Source of the DNA: Promethearchaeota archaeon
GTDB lineage: Archaea > Asgardarchaeota > Lokiarchaeia > Sigyniarchaeales > SOKP01
Assembly: GCA_029838195.1 (NCBI GenBank)
Contig: JALGVJ010000044.1
Coordinates: forward strand, 1 to 27,515
Length of the DNA: 27,515 bases
Direction of reading: 5' to 3'
This document shows positions 26,228 to 27,515 of the stretch, one piece after another. Below the pieces are notes generated by a model. That model was not told where the DNA came from and searched no databases. It saw only the letters and a program-made list of their open reading frames with translations. Each line of letters begins with the position of its first letter. Within the stretch, counting starts at the first letter, position 1. A program made the translations under genes and the position numbers.

Positions 26228-27355
26228 TTGAATAAACATGTTAAATTTGGAATAATAGGAGCCGGAGGAGCTTGGAGATTCCATAAATTAGGAGCTAAAA
26301 ATCATCCGATAATTAAATTCATTTCTGCCCATGATATTAATGAAAAGACACTCCAAAAAACCGAAAAATATTCAAAATTAAAAACATACACTAATTTAAA
26401 TGAGTTTTTGAAAAGCGATATCGATGCAGTTCTTATAATGGCCCCCCATTATATTCATAAGGACTTAGTCATTGCTGCTGCAGAAGCCGGAAAGCATGTT
26501 CTCTGTGAAAAACCTATGGGGCCTACGCTGGAAGATTGTGATGAAATGATTTCTGCAACGAGAAAAGCAGGAGTATTATTTATGATTGCAGAAAATCATC
26601 GCTTTTTACCGGCTCATCAATACATGAAGAATTTATTGGAGCGAGATTTCATTGGCAAAGTCTTTTTAGGAAGGACTTATGAAGGAGCGTATGCAATACC
26701 ACAATTTCTTGATCAAAATCACTGGAATTTTACTTTTGATAAAGCCGGGGGAGGTGTTGTAATGGATCAAGGCGTACATAAGTTTACAATGTTAAATTGG
26801 TTTCTTGGTGAAGTTGATTCAGCACAATGCTGGTTAAGTAAAACATTAAATTCTCCTAGTAATAAAGCAGAAGATACGGCAATCATTTTATTGCGTTATA
26901 AAGGAGGTGCGATTGTTACCATTGACATTTCTTCTAGTACCGTCCATCCTCTTACAAATAGAACGGAATTACATGGAACTAAGGGCACAATTTTAGAAGA
27001 TCATTCTTGGAATGACCCTGTTCAAATTTTTTCTTCTCATCCTGAAGCAGAGATAAAGGGTGAGTTTTATGGTCCTAAAATTGAACACGGTCCTTTTCCA
27101 GAGTATTATAAGATATCCATGGGGCATGAAGATGCTCATTTCGCTGAATGCATATTGGCAGATAAAAAACCAGAATTTACGCCGGAAGAGGCAAGAGAAG
27201 GAGTAGCCGTGGTATTATTAGCATATCTTTCAGCAAAAAATGGAAGAAGAACGTCAATGGAAGAATTGATAAAACTTTATAAAACAGAAGGAACAAAAAC
27301 TATTATCAAGGGCTTAGAAAATGAAATACAACAAAATTATAGGAAAATGAATTAG
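26228..27355 (+). CDS. Gfo/Idh/MocA family oxidoreductase
   Basis: Motifs GIIGAG, AGKHVLCEKPM, AENHRF and GGGVVMDQGVH; TTG start after GAGGGAG. Confidence 0.93.
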   Translation: MNKHVKFGIIGAGGAWRFHKLGAKNHPIIKFISAHDINEKTLQKTEKYSKLKTYTNLNEFLKSDIDAVLIMAPHYIHKDLVIAAAEAGKHVLCEKPMGPTLEDCDEMISATRKAGVLFMIAENHRFLPAHQYMKNLLERDFIGKVFLGRTYEGAYAIPQFLDQNHWNFTFDKAGGGVVMDQGVHKFTMLNWFLGEVDSAQCWLSKTLNSPSNKAEDTAIILLRYKGGAIVTIDISSSTVHPLTNRTELHGTKGTILEDHSWNDPVQIFSSHPEAEIKGEFYGPKIEHGPFPEYYKISMGHEDAHFAECILADKKPEFTPEEAREGVAVVLLAYLSAKNGRRTSMEELIKLYKTEGTKTIIKGLENEIQQNYRKMN

Positions 27356-27515
27356 GATTAATCAATTTTTTATATTTTATGAGTTTGTTTTAATTTTTTT
27401 TTATACATCTATAGAGACGCATCATTAAAATATATTTTGCGTTAGAAGAAATGTTCATCTCAATGACTTATTTTTGCTCAAAACCTTCATGAATTCTCTT
27501 TATCTGAGTAATACT

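Noticed and set aside
1-27515. CRISPR array, rRNA, integrase or prophage
   Set aside because: I saw no repeat-spacer pattern, rRNA-like segment or integrase, and no att-like duplicate of the tRNA 3' end.

Overview
This is an AT-rich archaeal window, most likely from an Asgard archaeon (Lokiarchaeia/Promethearchaeota-like). That assignment rests on an archaeal TBP, an archaeal-type tRNA-Leu without encoded CCA and two gelsolin-domain proteins. From left to right it holds the 3' end of an IS630 transposase with a 61-bp tandem duplication, a small Zn-finger ORF, a hypothetical gene, tbp, a gamma-glutamyltransferase and an alkaline-phosphatase-superfamily enzyme. Next come a co-oriented icd-like/fumC/acnA cluster, a GT-C-like membrane protein, a gelsolin / kinase / DUF166 / tRNA-Leu(CAG) / gelsolin block and a zinc-ribbon RDD protein. 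The right part has an internally deleted MFS remnant, a bacterial-type citramalate synthase (cimA), an endA pseudogene, and a DMT/PIG-L/SCP2/M24/Gfo-Idh-MocA run. The most notable observation is absent from the ORF track. A 24-codon ORF with 13 Ile codons and no Leu or Val (MNENIIIPRIISIIICIIGIIKIH, 20165-20239) lies directly upstream of cimA, the entry enzyme of threonine-independent Ile synthesis. It is followed by mutually exclusive RNA stems and pyrimidine/U tracts, making it a candidate ribosome-sensed isoleucine attenuator in an archaeon. All calls are by eye; no database searches or folding programs were run.
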